Source: Anaerolineales bacterium (lineage in GTDB: Bacteria > Chloroflexota > Anaerolineae > Anaerolineales > DRMV01). Taken from it: a DNA stretch of 64,000 bases. Shown in pieces: positions 1 to 9,090 of the stretch (position 1 is the stretch's first letter; every line of letters begins with the position of its first letter). The notes below the pieces were generated by a model, which was not told where the DNA came from, did no database searches, and was given only the letters and a program-made list of their open reading frames with translations. The translations under genes were made by a program, and so were the position numbers. The DNA lies in NCBI GenBank assembly GCA_027023425.1, contig JALVVL010000017.1:12942-76941 (forward strand). Direction: 5' to 3'.

Positions 1-51
1 CTTTACCATCCGTAAATAGCCTTTCCCGAACTGGTACTACGGGGTGGCCCT

Positions 52-72
52 GGGGCGGGAGAACCCCGCCCC
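52..72 (+). terminator. GC-rich hairpin, possible terminator of an off-window upstream gene
   Basis: Stem-loop ggggcggg / agaac / cccgcccc followed by aagtttgtt. It lies about 95 nt upstream of the malic-enzyme start. Confidence 0.35.
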
Positions 73-168
73 AAGTTTGTTGGAAGAGCAACTTATCCCT
101 TGGCAAGGGGTTTTCGCTTCAGGACGGGGTTCCCTGTCAAACCGTGCAGTTTCAACAGGAGGTAAACC

Positions 169-1524
169 ATGCCTTGGCAAAACAAAATCATGCGCACGGT
201 GCGCGTGCGCAATGAACTTGTTCCCGGCACATTGGCGCGTTTGCTGATGGCGGTTGCTGAGAGGAACGGAAGCATCGGCGAAATCCGCCTCATTCGTGAA
301 GGTACAAAAGCCATTGTGCGCGATATCACCATTTACACCGACACGGTTGAGCAGATGGAAGACATAATTGCCGCGATGCGCGCCAACCCCGGCTCGCAAG
401 TGTTGGAGGTGCGCGATGAAGTACTTGAAGTGCATCGCGGCGGCAAAATTGCTATCCGTAGCCGCTACAAACTTGATTCGCTGGCAACCTTACGCCGCGT
501 TTACACCCCGGGTGTAGCCCAAGTTTGCCTGAAAATTGCCGAAGACCCCAAACTTGCATGGCAGTTTACATCAATCAGCCACATGGTCGCCGTGGTTACT
601 GATGGCACTGCTATCCTCGGCTTGGGCGACATTGGCCCAGTAGCCGGTATGCCCGTAATGGAAGGCAAAGCAATGTTGATGGAAAGCCTTGTTGGGCTTT
701 CGGGCGTGCCCATTTTGCTCAACACGAAGGATGTGGATGAAATTGTGCAAGCAGTGGCGGCGATTGCGCCGACGTTTTCGGCAATCCAATTGGAGGACAT
801 TTCGGCGCCGCGCTGTTTTGAAATTGAAGAGCGCCTGCAAGAAATGCTTGACATACCGGTCATGCACGACGACCAGCACGGAACGGCAGTTGTGGTAACC
901 GCGGCGCTCAAAAATGCTTGCCGTTACGCCGGCGTTGACCTTAGCAAGGCTACTATTGGGCAAATTGGGCTTGGAGCGGCGGGAATGGCTATTAGCCGAA
1001 TGTTGATGCATGTCAGCGGTCACCCAGTGCTCGGCGCAGATTTGAGCGAAGATGCCCTAAAGCGCCTTGAATCTTACGGCGGTGTTCGGAGTACTTTGGA
1101 AGAAATCATGGCGAAGGCCGACATTGTGATCGCTACAACTGGTGTACAAGGGCTTATCAAGCCTGAAATGGTGCGCCCCGGGCAGATCATTTTTGCTCTT
1201 TCCAACCCTAACCCCGAAATTGAACCTGACGCGGCTTTGGCAGCGGGCGCGGCGTTTGCCGCTGATGGCAAGTCGGTGAACAATGTGTTGGGCTTCCCCG
1301 GCATTTTCCGCGGAGCAGTGGACACGCACGCCACGGAGATTACGCCCGCGATGTACCTCGCCGCGGTGGATGCGATTGTCTCGCAGACCCCCGAGGGTGA
1401 ATTGTTGCCCAGCCCGCTGACGCGCGAGGTACATCAGGCCGTGGCGCGCGCTGTCGCCGAGCAGGCGTTACGCGATGGCGTTGCTCGTACTGATTATGTT
1501 CCTTACATTTCTGACGAAAAGTAG
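169..1524 (+). CDS. NAD(P)-dependent malic enzyme with N-terminal ACT-like regulatory segment
   Basis: 451-aa ORF with an aggagg RBS upstream of ATG 169. Core motifs are VVTDGTAILGLGDIG, MEGKA and HDDQHGTA, with dinucleotide-binding GLGAAG. The first ~80 aa precede the catalytic core. Confidence 0.85.
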   Translation: MPWQNKIMRTVRVRNELVPGTLARLLMAVAERNGSIGEIRLIREGTKAIVRDITIYTDTVEQMEDIIAAMRANPGSQVLEVRDEVLEVHRGGKIAIRSRYKLDSLATLRRVYTPGVAQVCLKIAEDPKLAWQFTSISHMVAVVTDGTAILGLGDIGPVAGMPVMEGKAMLMESLVGLSGVPILLNTKDVDEIVQAVAAIAPTFSAIQLEDISAPRCFEIEERLQEMLDIPVMHDDQHGTAVVVTAALKNACRYAGVDLSKATIGQIGLGAAGMAISRMLMHVSGHPVLGADLSEDALKRLESYGGVRSTLEEIMAKADIVIATTGVQGLIKPEMVRPGQIIFALSNPNPEIEPDAALAAGAAFAADGKSVNNVLGFPGIFRGAVDTHATEITPAMYLAAVDAIVSQTPEGELLPSPLTREVHQAVARAVAEQALRDGVARTDYVPYISDEK

Positions 1525-1536
1525 AAAGGCGTTGCG

Positions 1537-2598
1537 ATGAAACCTTCTTCGCCAATTCCGGTAGCCGTTTTGGGTGCAACCGGCACAGTAGGCCAACGCT
1601 TTATTGCTCTTTTAGATAAACATCCGTGGTTCAAAGTGGTGGCTTTGGTTAGTTCTGAGAAAAATGCGGGCAAGCGTTATGCTGAGGCCGTCCATTGGCT
1701 TTTGCCTTCTTCAATCCCGGACTGGGCAAAAGGAATGGTGCTCAAATCGGCAACTCCCGAAGCCGTCGGCGAGGCCGTAATTGCATTTTCGGCGCTGCCA
1801 AGCGATGTGGCGCGGGAATTAGAGCCGAAACTCGCCGAGCGCGGAATCTGGGTTTGCTCAAACGCCTCGGCTTTCAGGCGTGAGCCGGATGTTCCCATTC
1901 TTTTGCCAGAAGTCAATGCTGAGCATATTTCCGTGCTTGAGCATCAAAGGCGTAAGCGCGGCTGGAAAGGTGGAATTGTTACCAATTCAAATTGCACAAG
2001 TGCGGGCTTGACGGTGGCGCTCAAGGCCTTGGATAAAGCATTTGGCCTGCGAAAAGTTTTTGTGGTTTCCATGCAGGCTGTTTCGGGGGCTGGTTATCCC
2101 GGCGTGGCTTCGTTGGATATTTTGGGAAACGTTATCCCCTACATCAACGGCGAGGAGGCCAAAGTTGAGTGGGAGCCGCGCAAAATGTTGGGCAGTGTTG
2201 AGGATGGGGTGATTCGTCTGGCGGATTTTGTCGTTTCGGCGCATGCTAATCGTGTTCCTGTTGTGGATGGTCATTTGGTGATTATATCAATGGCTATGCG
2301 AAATCCGCCCAAAAATGCAGAGGAAGCCATCGCCGCAATGGAAAAATATGCACCGCCAGAAATCGCACGTGGGCTTCCTTCAACCCCCACGCCGGTCATA
2401 CTTGTGCGCCGCGAAGCAGACCGCCCCCAACCTCGCTTAGACGCCGCTACGGGGGGCGGCATGACCACCGTGGTTGGCCGGGTGCGGCCAGACCCAATTT
2501 GGGACTTGAAATTTGTGGTTGTCTCCCACAATACAATCCGCGGAGCGGCGGGCGGCGCGATTTACAACGCAGAACTCCTGGTCAGTCAAGTGCTATAA
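1537..2598 (+). CDS. asd: aspartate-semialdehyde dehydrogenase
   Basis: 353 aa. Rossmann motif VAVLGATGTVGQ, active-site Cys motif SNCTS, and SGAGYPG. The start is 13 nt after the malic-enzyme stop. Confidence 0.9.
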   Translation: MKPSSPIPVAVLGATGTVGQRFIALLDKHPWFKVVALVSSEKNAGKRYAEAVHWLLPSSIPDWAKGMVLKSATPEAVGEAVIAFSALPSDVARELEPKLAERGIWVCSNASAFRREPDVPILLPEVNAEHISVLEHQRRKRGWKGGIVTNSNCTSAGLTVALKALDKAFGLRKVFVVSMQAVSGAGYPGVASLDILGNVIPYINGEEAKVEWEPRKMLGSVEDGVIRLADFVVSAHANRVPVVDGHLVIISMAMRNPPKNAEEAIAAMEKYAPPEIARGLPSTPTPVILVRREADRPQPRLDAATGGGMTTVVGRVRPDPIWDLKFVVVSHNTIRGAAGGAIYNAELLVSQVL

Positions 2599-2670
2599 CC
2601 CCCAACGTCTATCTCCTCACACAGGGAACACGGCAGACACGGAGAGAACCTCTGTGTTCCCCGTGTGAAA

Positions 2671-2705
2671 AAGTAGAGGCGAAGTATGCTTCGCCTCTAC
2701 TTTTT
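2671..2705. terminator. bidirectional rho-independent terminator between convergent asd and loader genes
   Basis: Perfect 13-bp stem agtagaggcgaag / tatg / cttcgcctctact, flanked by aaaa upstream and tttttt downstream. It overlaps the last codons of the minus-strand ORF. Confidence 0.6.
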
Positions 2706-4034
2706 TCGTCTCCTTTTAGAGCGTTTCGCGCGAGGCGATTCGTAATAAGGCGGTGCGGTGATCAAAAATATGCGCGAAATGCGAGTATCCAGCATCCGCG
2801 ACCTAAGCCTCGGGTCCATCTCCTCCAACGGCACAGCCGTGGTTATCACGGTTGGCAATTCGGCGTTGTAACGGTAATTGAAAAGTTGATAAAGTTTCTC
2901 GCGCGCCCACGCCGTAGTCGCCTGAGTGCCCAAATCGTCCAACACCAATAGCGGCGCGGTGCGGATTTCCTCAAAACGGCGGTCGTAAGTAACGGTGCTG
3001 TTGGGACTGAAAGTGGCGCGCAAGTGGTCAAGCAAATCGGGAACGGAGACAAAAAGCGGCGGCTCGCCCATGCCAGCGCGGTAATTGGCGATGGCGGCGG
3101 CGAGGTGCGTTTTCCCGTTCCCGTAAGGGCCGGAAAACACTAACCAGCCACGAGGGTCGTTGGCAAACTCGCGGGCGGCGTTGTAAGCCTTGCGAAGGCT
3201 CTCAACGTCCCGCGGGTCAAGTCCCTCCTCCTCGCGCAGGCTAAAATTGCCAAAAGTGTACTTGCCCATCAGGTCTAATGCCGAAAGTTCAGAATGTCCA
3301 ACCTCATCTACCGCGCGGCGGTAATCGGGAGCGTCTATTTTGATCTTCGCAACCACGTCGGGGTCTTGCAGGCGAGATCGCAGGCGCGGCTCAATTTCTT
3401 CCAAAGTGAGGTTGGTGGTTATCACCGTAGGCAAGCGGTTGATGTAACGGAAATTCAAAATCTGGAAAAGTTTTTCTTGTGCCCACGGGGTAGCGTTTTG
3501 AGTGCCGAAATCATCCAAAATCAGCAACGGCACAGAACGAATTTGCTCAAAACGCTTTTCAAATCCCCCCTCGGGGGAATCATAAGCAAAGCGCAGGTTA
3601 TCCAACAAGTCAGGCACGGTGAGGAAGAGCGTAGAAATGCCCTTTTCAACGCAATAATTTGCAATGGCGGCGGCAAGGTGCGTTTTCCCGCATCCGTAGC
3701 CTCCCATTAGCAAAAGCCACCCACTTGGGTTTTCGGCGAATTGGCGGGCAAAATTGTAGGCTGATTCTATGGAACGGGCTTGGCGGGGACCGGTGCCCAT
3801 GCGACCGTGTGGCTTAAAAGTTTCAAAAGTCAAATGCCCCAATTTATCAAGGTGGCTCATAGCAAAAAGACGGCGACGGCGCGCCTCCTCTATTGCTGAG
3901 GTGCGGCAAACGCAAGGCACCAGTTTGCCAAATTGTGGATGGCCGGGGGGGACATCAAGGCGTACATAGCCTACCCCGTGGCATATCGGGCAATTTGGGT
4001 CGCCGGGAAGGCTGGATTTGTTCTGCTCACTCAT
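2697..4034 (-). CDS. helicase-loader-like protein with N-terminal zinc ribbon and two tandem DnaC/DnaI-type AAA+ modules
   Basis: Two Walker A motifs: GGYGCGKTHLAAAIANY (GCGKT codons 3681-3695) and GPYGNGKTHLAAAIANY (GNGKT codons 3108-3122). Two Walker B motifs: LLILDDFG and LLVLDDLG. N-terminal CPICHG..17 aa..CVC (3906-3992). Start chosen at ATG 4034, which overlaps the upstream stop by 8 nt; the ORF track extends to 4145. Confidence 0.8.
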   Translation of the reverse strand: MSEQNKSSLPGDPNCPICHGVGYVRLDVPPGHPQFGKLVPCVCRTSAIEEARRRRLFAMSHLDKLGHLTFETFKPHGRMGTGPRQARSIESAYNFARQFAENPSGWLLLMGGYGCGKTHLAAAIANYCVEKGISTLFLTVPDLLDNLRFAYDSPEGGFEKRFEQIRSVPLLILDDFGTQNATPWAQEKLFQILNFRYINRLPTVITTNLTLEEIEPRLRSRLQDPDVVAKIKIDAPDYRRAVDEVGHSELSALDLMGKYTFGNFSLREEEGLDPRDVESLRKAYNAAREFANDPRGWLVFSGPYGNGKTHLAAAIANYRAGMGEPPLFVSVPDLLDHLRATFSPNSTVTYDRRFEEIRTAPLLVLDDLGTQATTAWAREKLYQLFNYRYNAELPTVITTAVPLEEMDPRLRSRMLDTRISRIFLITAPPYYESPRAKRSKRRRKK

Positions 4035-4731
4035 AGTAGTCTGAGAACTTGTCGGTGAGATACCGTTCACGGTCTTTCGCAGGATCTCCGCTAAAGGCTT
4101 TGCCATCGCGTCCCTCATCTCTCCAGTGTTGCAAAATTGCTTCAATGTAACGCCAGCGGCGGACGTTGTTCGCTATGGCTATGCGAAACGCCTCTTCAAT
4201 CCACTCTGCCGGGTATTCCGCTGCGGCTTCCTCCAATTGCTCAGCAATCAAAGGCGTCAAAGGCCCGATATTTTCCTCATAAAGCCGAAAGATGTTGGGG
4301 CGGTCAAGGTAAACCCGAGGTGGCTCGGCATCGCCATCGGGACGCCAACGACCCGCGCGTATGGCCTCAACCGCCGTTCTGCCTTTAGGGGTGTTCAAAA
4401 AGTAAAGGTCTTCGCCATCGGGAAGGGATACCTTCAACAAAGTACCCCTTTCCACAGCACGGCGCAATGAATCCTCAAGCACACTCACGGCTTCCTCAGG
4501 GTTGTCCGCCAAGCCAGAAACAAAGCCTTCATCCGCTAAAATAGCCTCTCGGGTAAAGTAGCGAAAATTCCCTTCCACCTGACTCAAATACCAAAAAGCG
4601 TACAGCGTGACCTTCAATTCGCCCAAATGGTCAATCTCGGGCACAAGTTGGGTAAAAAACTGCACCGGCAACGAAATAAGGCGCACTTTACCAGTCGGGA
4701 AACCCTGAAACGCCATCAGAACCCCTTGCAT
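4027..4731 (-). CDS. DnaD-domain replication protein (DnaD/DnaB_2-like)
   Basis: The C-terminal segment ...IANNVRRWRYIEAILQHWRDEG... matches the DnaD C-terminal domain pattern. It sits between dnaB and the loader gene. The start is uncertain (ATG 4731, 4716 or 4743). The track start at 4800 lies inside a repeat element. Confidence 0.65.
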   Translation of the reverse strand: MQGVLMAFQGFPTGKVRLISLPVQFFTQLVPEIDHLGELKVTLYAFWYLSQVEGNFRYFTREAILADEGFVSGLADNPEEAVSVLEDSLRRAVERGTLLKVSLPDGEDLYFLNTPKGRTAVEAIRAGRWRPDGDAEPPRVYLDRPNIFRLYEENIGPLTPLIAEQLEEAAAEYPAEWIEEAFRIAIANNVRRWRYIEAILQHWRDEGRDGKAFSGDPAKDRERYLTDKFSDYYE

Positions 4732-4740
4732 TTTAGATGT

Positions 4741-4830
4741 CATTGCGAGCCGCGAAACGGCGAAGCAATCCCCCCTTCGGGTGGCAAGGGACTGCTTCAC
4801 TGCCTCAATGGTTACGCCGCCTCGCAGGGA
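4741..4830. repeat. family-A imperfect palindromic intergenic repeat (cattgcgagcc...gcgaagcaatcccc...gactgcttc...ccgcctcgcag)
   Basis: Shares the cattgcgag, ggcgaagcaatccccc, gactgcttc and ccgcctcgcag blocks, in the same order, with the copy at 7012-7095. Confidence 0.7.
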
Positions 4831-4848
4831 CCCGTCTCTTGCTTGACA

Positions 4849-6294
4849 CTAAGGGTAACCGGGAGAGGACGGCGGGTCAATAAACTGAGCGTATTCTTTT
4901 TTGAATACCAACTCTATCGTGCCCGTAGGGCCATTACGATGCTTTTCTACAATGATTTGGGCAAGGCCGGGGTTCTCCACAACCTCATCTTCCTTTGCGT
5001 AAACCTCAGGACGGTATATGAACATCACCACATCGGCATCCTGTTCCAGCGAGCCCGATTCGCGCAAATCCGAAAGCATGGGACGCCTATCGCCGCGGTG
5101 CTCCACGGCGCGCGAAAGTTGCGCCGCCGCCACCACAGGCACGTTCAACTCCCGCGCCAACACCTTCAGTTCGCGGGAAATTTGCGAAACTTCCTGCACG
5201 CGGTTTTCAACCCGCTTGCCAAGCGTCATCAACTGCAAATAGTCCACCATTATCAAATCCAAGCCGTATTCCAAATGCAAGCGCCGGGCTTTAGTCCGCA
5301 ATTGCAAAGGGGTGATAGCAGGCGTATCATCCAAAAAAATCGGCGCCTGATGAAGGTGGTCAACGGCGGCGGTCACCTTACGCCATTCTTCGTCGTTCAG
5401 CCTGCCGGTGCGCAATTTTTGCGAACTCACTTCAGTTTCCTGCGCTATCAAACGTTGCACCATTTGCTCATTGGACATTTCCAAGGAAAAAAGGGCAACC
5501 CGTTTGCGGTATTTTTGAGCGGCGGTGCGGGCAATGCTCAACAAAAAGCCGGTTTTGCCCATTCCCGGGCGGCCAGCAATTATGATAAAGTCCGAAGGCT
5601 GAAATCCATGCAAAAGGGCGTCAAGGTCTCTAAAGCCAGTAGGGACACCGAGGGCTTCATCTTGATGAGAGCGGAGATGATCAAGGTAGTTGTAGTACGA
5701 CTGCAACACCTCACTCAGGAGTTTGACCCCGCGCACCATGCGCCGCTCACTGACACTGAAGACAACCTTTTCTGCTTCGTCCAGAAGCGCATCAACATGA
5801 AGGTGGCGGGCATGGGCTAAGCGAGCGATCCGCTCAGCCGCCTCAAGCAAACGGCGGCGGACGGCCGCTTCCTCCACCAACTCGGCATAATGCGAAGCGT
5901 GAAGCGATGAGGGGACAGCCGCGGTGAGCCGCGCCAGATAAGCCTCGCCGCCAACCTCCTCAAGCCTCCCACGGCGCTTGAGTTCTTCGGCAATCGTCAA
6001 AGGGTCAACAGGCCGATGGCTCTCACTAAGGCTGACTATAGCCTCCCAAATCCAACGGTGGCGGGTTATGAAGAAATCCTCGGCCTTGATGATGGTGGCA
6101 ACTTCGGCGTACGTTTCGGGGTTGATGATAACCGCGCCCAGCACCGCCTCCTCTGCCTTGGTGTCGTGAAGAGGCGTAGCGGGCTCAGGAGCAGGCTCCG
6201 GCTGTGGCAAATCCTCAGCATAGCCCAAATCCACCGGCGGAGGGGCATCGGGCATATCGGGAGGCGGCGGGGGCGGAAGCATTTCGTCGCTCAT
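4849..6294 (-). CDS. dnaB: replicative DNA helicase DnaB
   Basis: 481 aa. N-terminal domain AEEAVLGAVIINPE, Walker A GRPGMGKT, plus SLEMS and DYLQLM. Its ATG overlaps the upstream stop as ATGA (6291-6294). Confidence 0.95.
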   Translation of the reverse strand: MSDEMLPPPPPPDMPDAPPPVDLGYAEDLPQPEPAPEPATPLHDTKAEEAVLGAVIINPETYAEVATIIKAEDFFITRHRWIWEAIVSLSESHRPVDPLTIAEELKRRGRLEEVGGEAYLARLTAAVPSSLHASHYAELVEEAAVRRRLLEAAERIARLAHARHLHVDALLDEAEKVVFSVSERRMVRGVKLLSEVLQSYYNYLDHLRSHQDEALGVPTGFRDLDALLHGFQPSDFIIIAGRPGMGKTGFLLSIARTAAQKYRKRVALFSLEMSNEQMVQRLIAQETEVSSQKLRTGRLNDEEWRKVTAAVDHLHQAPIFLDDTPAITPLQLRTKARRLHLEYGLDLIMVDYLQLMTLGKRVENRVQEVSQISRELKVLARELNVPVVAAAQLSRAVEHRGDRRPMLSDLRESGSLEQDADVVMFIYRPEVYAKEDEVVENPGLAQIIVEKHRNGPTGTIELVFKKEYAQFIDPPSSPGYP

Positions 6295-6932
6295 TGCTCA
6301 GACTCACCATCGTCATCAGGCGATTCATCCTCAGCATCGCCCAAATCCAATTTGTCAAGGAATTCGGCAAAGACAGAAAGGCTGTCCTCATTCTCGGTCA
6401 CAGGCTCGGTGGCTTCGGGGGAAGTCTCGCCACTCACCGCCGAGACACCGCCGGAAGAAGAGGCTAAATGCTCCTCAGGCTGAGGAGGCTGAGCGGCGGC
6501 TTCTTCCGATTGACCTAAATCTTCATCGGGGGTAATACCGGCTTCGTCCAAAACCTCGCGCGCCACAAAAATAGGCGCGTGCATCCGCACGGCAACGGCA
6601 ATGGCATCGGAAGGGCGCGAATCAATGTTGTAGATTCGTCCCTGATGGCTCAAGACAATGTTGCCGTAAAAAGTGCCTTCCCGCAAGGCGGTAACCTCCA
6701 CCCTATCAACGCGCGCCCCCAACGCCAAGAGGATGTTTTTGAGCAAATCATGCGTCATCGGGCGCGAAAGTTCAACCTCGTGCAAGGCCAGTTGGATGGC
6801 GTTTGCCTCGTATGCTCCAATCCAAATCGGCAAATAGCGCTTGCCGTTGCGCTCGCGCAGCAACAAAACCTGTTGCTGAGAGACAAGGCTCACGCGTATG
6901 CTGTCAATTTCCATTTCCACAAGGTCTGCCAT
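6291..6932 (-). CDS. bifunctional nuclease (BFN/DUF151) family protein with acidic C-terminal tail
   Basis: Motifs LPIWIGAYEANAI, RPMTHDL and RPSDAIAVAVR. aaggagg RBS. The C-terminal ~70 aa are rich in E, D and S. Confidence 0.8.
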   Translation of the reverse strand: MADLVEMEIDSIRVSLVSQQQVLLLRERNGKRYLPIWIGAYEANAIQLALHEVELSRPMTHDLLKNILLALGARVDRVEVTALREGTFYGNIVLSHQGRIYNIDSRPSDAIAVAVRMHAPIFVAREVLDEAGITPDEDLGQSEEAAAQPPQPEEHLASSSGGVSAVSGETSPEATEPVTENEDSLSVFAEFLDKLDLGDAEDESPDDDGESEQ

Positions 6933-6980
6933 TTCTTCCTCCTTGACGACGGCGCATAGCGTCGCACAACCTCACCTTCA

Positions 6981-7123
6981 GAATCTATCCGAAAAATTAT
7001 CGTGGCGGTGCCATTGCGAGCCCTGTAGGGGCGAAGCAATCCCCCTTTTGCTGGTCAGGAGACTGCTTCGGCGGCTCCGCCGCCTCGCAGTGACACACCT
7101 ACAAAGAATTTTCGGATAGGCTC
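6981..7123. repeat. family-A palindromic repeat nested in a longer inverted repeat
   Basis: The core at 7012-7095 matches 4741-4830. The outer arms atctatccgaaaaatt (6983-6998) and aattttcggatag (7107-7119) are reverse complements. Confidence 0.7.
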
Positions 7124-7222
7124 TCAGCCATACTGCCTGCGGCAAAGGACGATTGCAAAAAACCAGCATTTCCGCCGAATTGGTGTCAATTCCGCGGATA
7201 TTGTACCCCAAAAGTGCAAATG

Positions 7223-7942
7223 TTACGCCTGCTCCACCTCAATTTCAGAGGAAGCCTCAAAGGCGTTACGAATGCGTTTCAACTGCTCCGCCGTCAACTT
7301 GCGGCTTTTCAAAAACGGCTTGAGAAACTTTTTCAGGTTCTCAATTTTCAAAGTGGGCACGGGAGCGTTTTCAGCATCCACCTCGGCCTGCGGGTTGGTA
7401 AACACCAATACTGGCGTTATGGGAGGGAGTTCATCGGCATCGTCAAAAATGGCTTTTAGCGCCTTTCGGACGGCTTCAGTCTCGGCTTCAATTTCTAAAT
7501 CGGGGCGGCCAATACCCTCCTGAGCAAACAAACGCAAGTACCACAAAAAAGGGCCGCCATGTTGACGCCATTTGCCTTTGCTGTAAGTGATTTTGCCGCG
7601 CTGGTAGCGGGGGATAAAGACGAAAATCCCAGCCGGGCCAACCAAAAGATGAGAAGCCGGGGTGCTGTAGTGGTAAAGGGTGTATTCGCGGCTCAAGCCT
7701 TTGAGCGCTTTAGTGATTTGTTGATCTATCCGCGGCGGCTTTGCCCATCGGCTACTGAAATAAATTCCAACCTGAGAGAGCAAAAAGCCCACAATGAGGG
7801 CCACAAAAGTCCAAACCACCAATTCGGGGTGAGCAAAGGTGAGGTAAACGCCCGCGCCGAGGATGATGAGCGCGGCCATGCTTGCCCAACGCCCTATGCG
7901 GGCATTGCGAGCGATGAACTTTTCGTTTGTAACAACGCGCAT
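7223..7942 (-). CDS. membrane-anchored NERD (nuclease-related) domain protein
   Basis: 239 aa with two N-terminal TM helices. These are followed by ...EYTLYHYSTPASHLLVGPAGIFVFIPRY..., which resembles the NERD core. ggagga RBS. Confidence 0.55.
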   Translation of the reverse strand: MRVVTNEKFIARNARIGRWASMAALIILGAGVYLTFAHPELVVWTFVALIVGFLLSQVGIYFSSRWAKPPRIDQQITKALKGLSREYTLYHYSTPASHLLVGPAGIFVFIPRYQRGKITYSKGKWRQHGGPFLWYLRLFAQEGIGRPDLEIEAETEAVRKALKAIFDDADELPPITPVLVFTNPQAEVDAENAPVPTLKIENLKKFLKPFLKSRKLTAEQLKRIRNAFEASSEIEVEQA

Positions 7943-7988
7943 AACTCCTCCAAGTAACCTTGATTTGTGAACTCAAAAGCGCCAACCG

Positions 7989-8981
7989 CTACAGGCGTTC
8001 TTCTATCGCCGACCTGAGTTTATCTAAAAGCCCTTGCTCCGCTGCTTCGTGGGCGGCGCGCAAGGCGCTGACCATTGTGGCTGCATCAGAGCGGCCATGC
8101 CCCACAAGCACCAAGCCGTCTATACCCAAAAGCGGCACAGCGCCTATGCGGGAGGGGTCTAACACCTCTTTCACGCGCGCAAACGCCGGTTTAGCGAGCA
8201 ACGCCCCAATTTTGGTGACCGGCGAAGAGAGCAATCCTTCCCTGAGCAAATCTATCAGCAATTTGGTAACTGCCTCGGAGGACTTGAGCAACACATTACC
8301 CGTAAAGCCATCCGTAACCACAACATCGGCCTCGCCGCCAAAAAGTTCCTTGCCTTCCACATTGCCGATAAAGTTCAAGCCGCTTTTTTCCAGCAGCGGG
8401 TAGGTGGCCTTGACCAAATCGTTGCCCTTGCCGGGCTCCTCGCCGTTAGAAAGGAGGCCGACGCGCGGCTCTTTCACCCCCAAAAGATGCTCGGCGTAAA
8501 CCGATCCCAAAACCGCAAACTGCACAAGAAACTCGGGGCGGCATTCGGCATTTGCGCCCACATCCACCACCACGCACATACCCTTGCGAGTAGGAAAAGG
8601 AGCGGCAAGAGCAGGCCTTTTCACGCCTCTGATGCGCCCCAGCCGGAACAAGGCCGTAGCCATAGCCCCGCCCGTGTTACCGGCGGTGACAAACGCATCT
8701 CCTTCACCCGCCTTTAGCAAATCCATCCCAACCGCCATAGAATTTTGGGCTTTGCGGCGTGCGGCGGTGGCAGGTTTGTCGGTCATTTCCAGCACTTCGG
8801 GGGCATGCACTATCCGCACGGAAGCGCCGGAAGTGTCCAAGGCATCCAGTTTGGAGCGCAAAAGTGGCTCCTGCCCAACCAAGATTATTTCATCCCCAAG
8901 GAGGCGCGAAGCCTCAACCGCCGCCTGCACTTCCGGATCGGGATGGTTGTCGCTGCCCATTGCATCTAAAATTATCCGCAT
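7989..8981 (-). CDS. plsX: phosphate acyltransferase PlsX
   Basis: N-terminus MRIILDAMGSDNHP, plus motifs FVTAGNTGG and GHGRS. ATG 8981 is preceded by ggagg. The track start at 9005 is an upstream alternative. Confidence 0.9.
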   Translation of the reverse strand: MRIILDAMGSDNHPDPEVQAAVEASRLLGDEIILVGQEPLLRSKLDALDTSGASVRIVHAPEVLEMTDKPATAARRKAQNSMAVGMDLLKAGEGDAFVTAGNTGGAMATALFRLGRIRGVKRPALAAPFPTRKGMCVVVDVGANAECRPEFLVQFAVLGSVYAEHLLGVKEPRVGLLSNGEEPGKGNDLVKATYPLLEKSGLNFIGNVEGKELFGGEADVVVTDGFTGNVLLKSSEAVTKLLIDLLREGLLSSPVTKIGALLAKPAFARVKEVLDPSRIGAVPLLGIDGLVLVGHGRSDAATMVSALRAAHEAAEQGLLDKLRSAIEERL

Positions 8982-9090
8982 TTTGCTTCCTCCAAAAATT
9001 CGCAACTACCTACCCTGCGCCGAAAACGAAGTTAACAAGAGCAGGATTTCAGTAAGGCTGCCATGCCATGAAGCAACATTACGCCTCTCT

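Noticed and set aside
4732-4800. N-terminal 23-aa extension of the DnaD-like ORF (MKQSLATRRGDCFAVSRLAMTSK)
   Set aside because: It is encoded by the family-A repeat, and the same peptide-like translation arises wherever the repeat occurs. An internal ATG was chosen instead.
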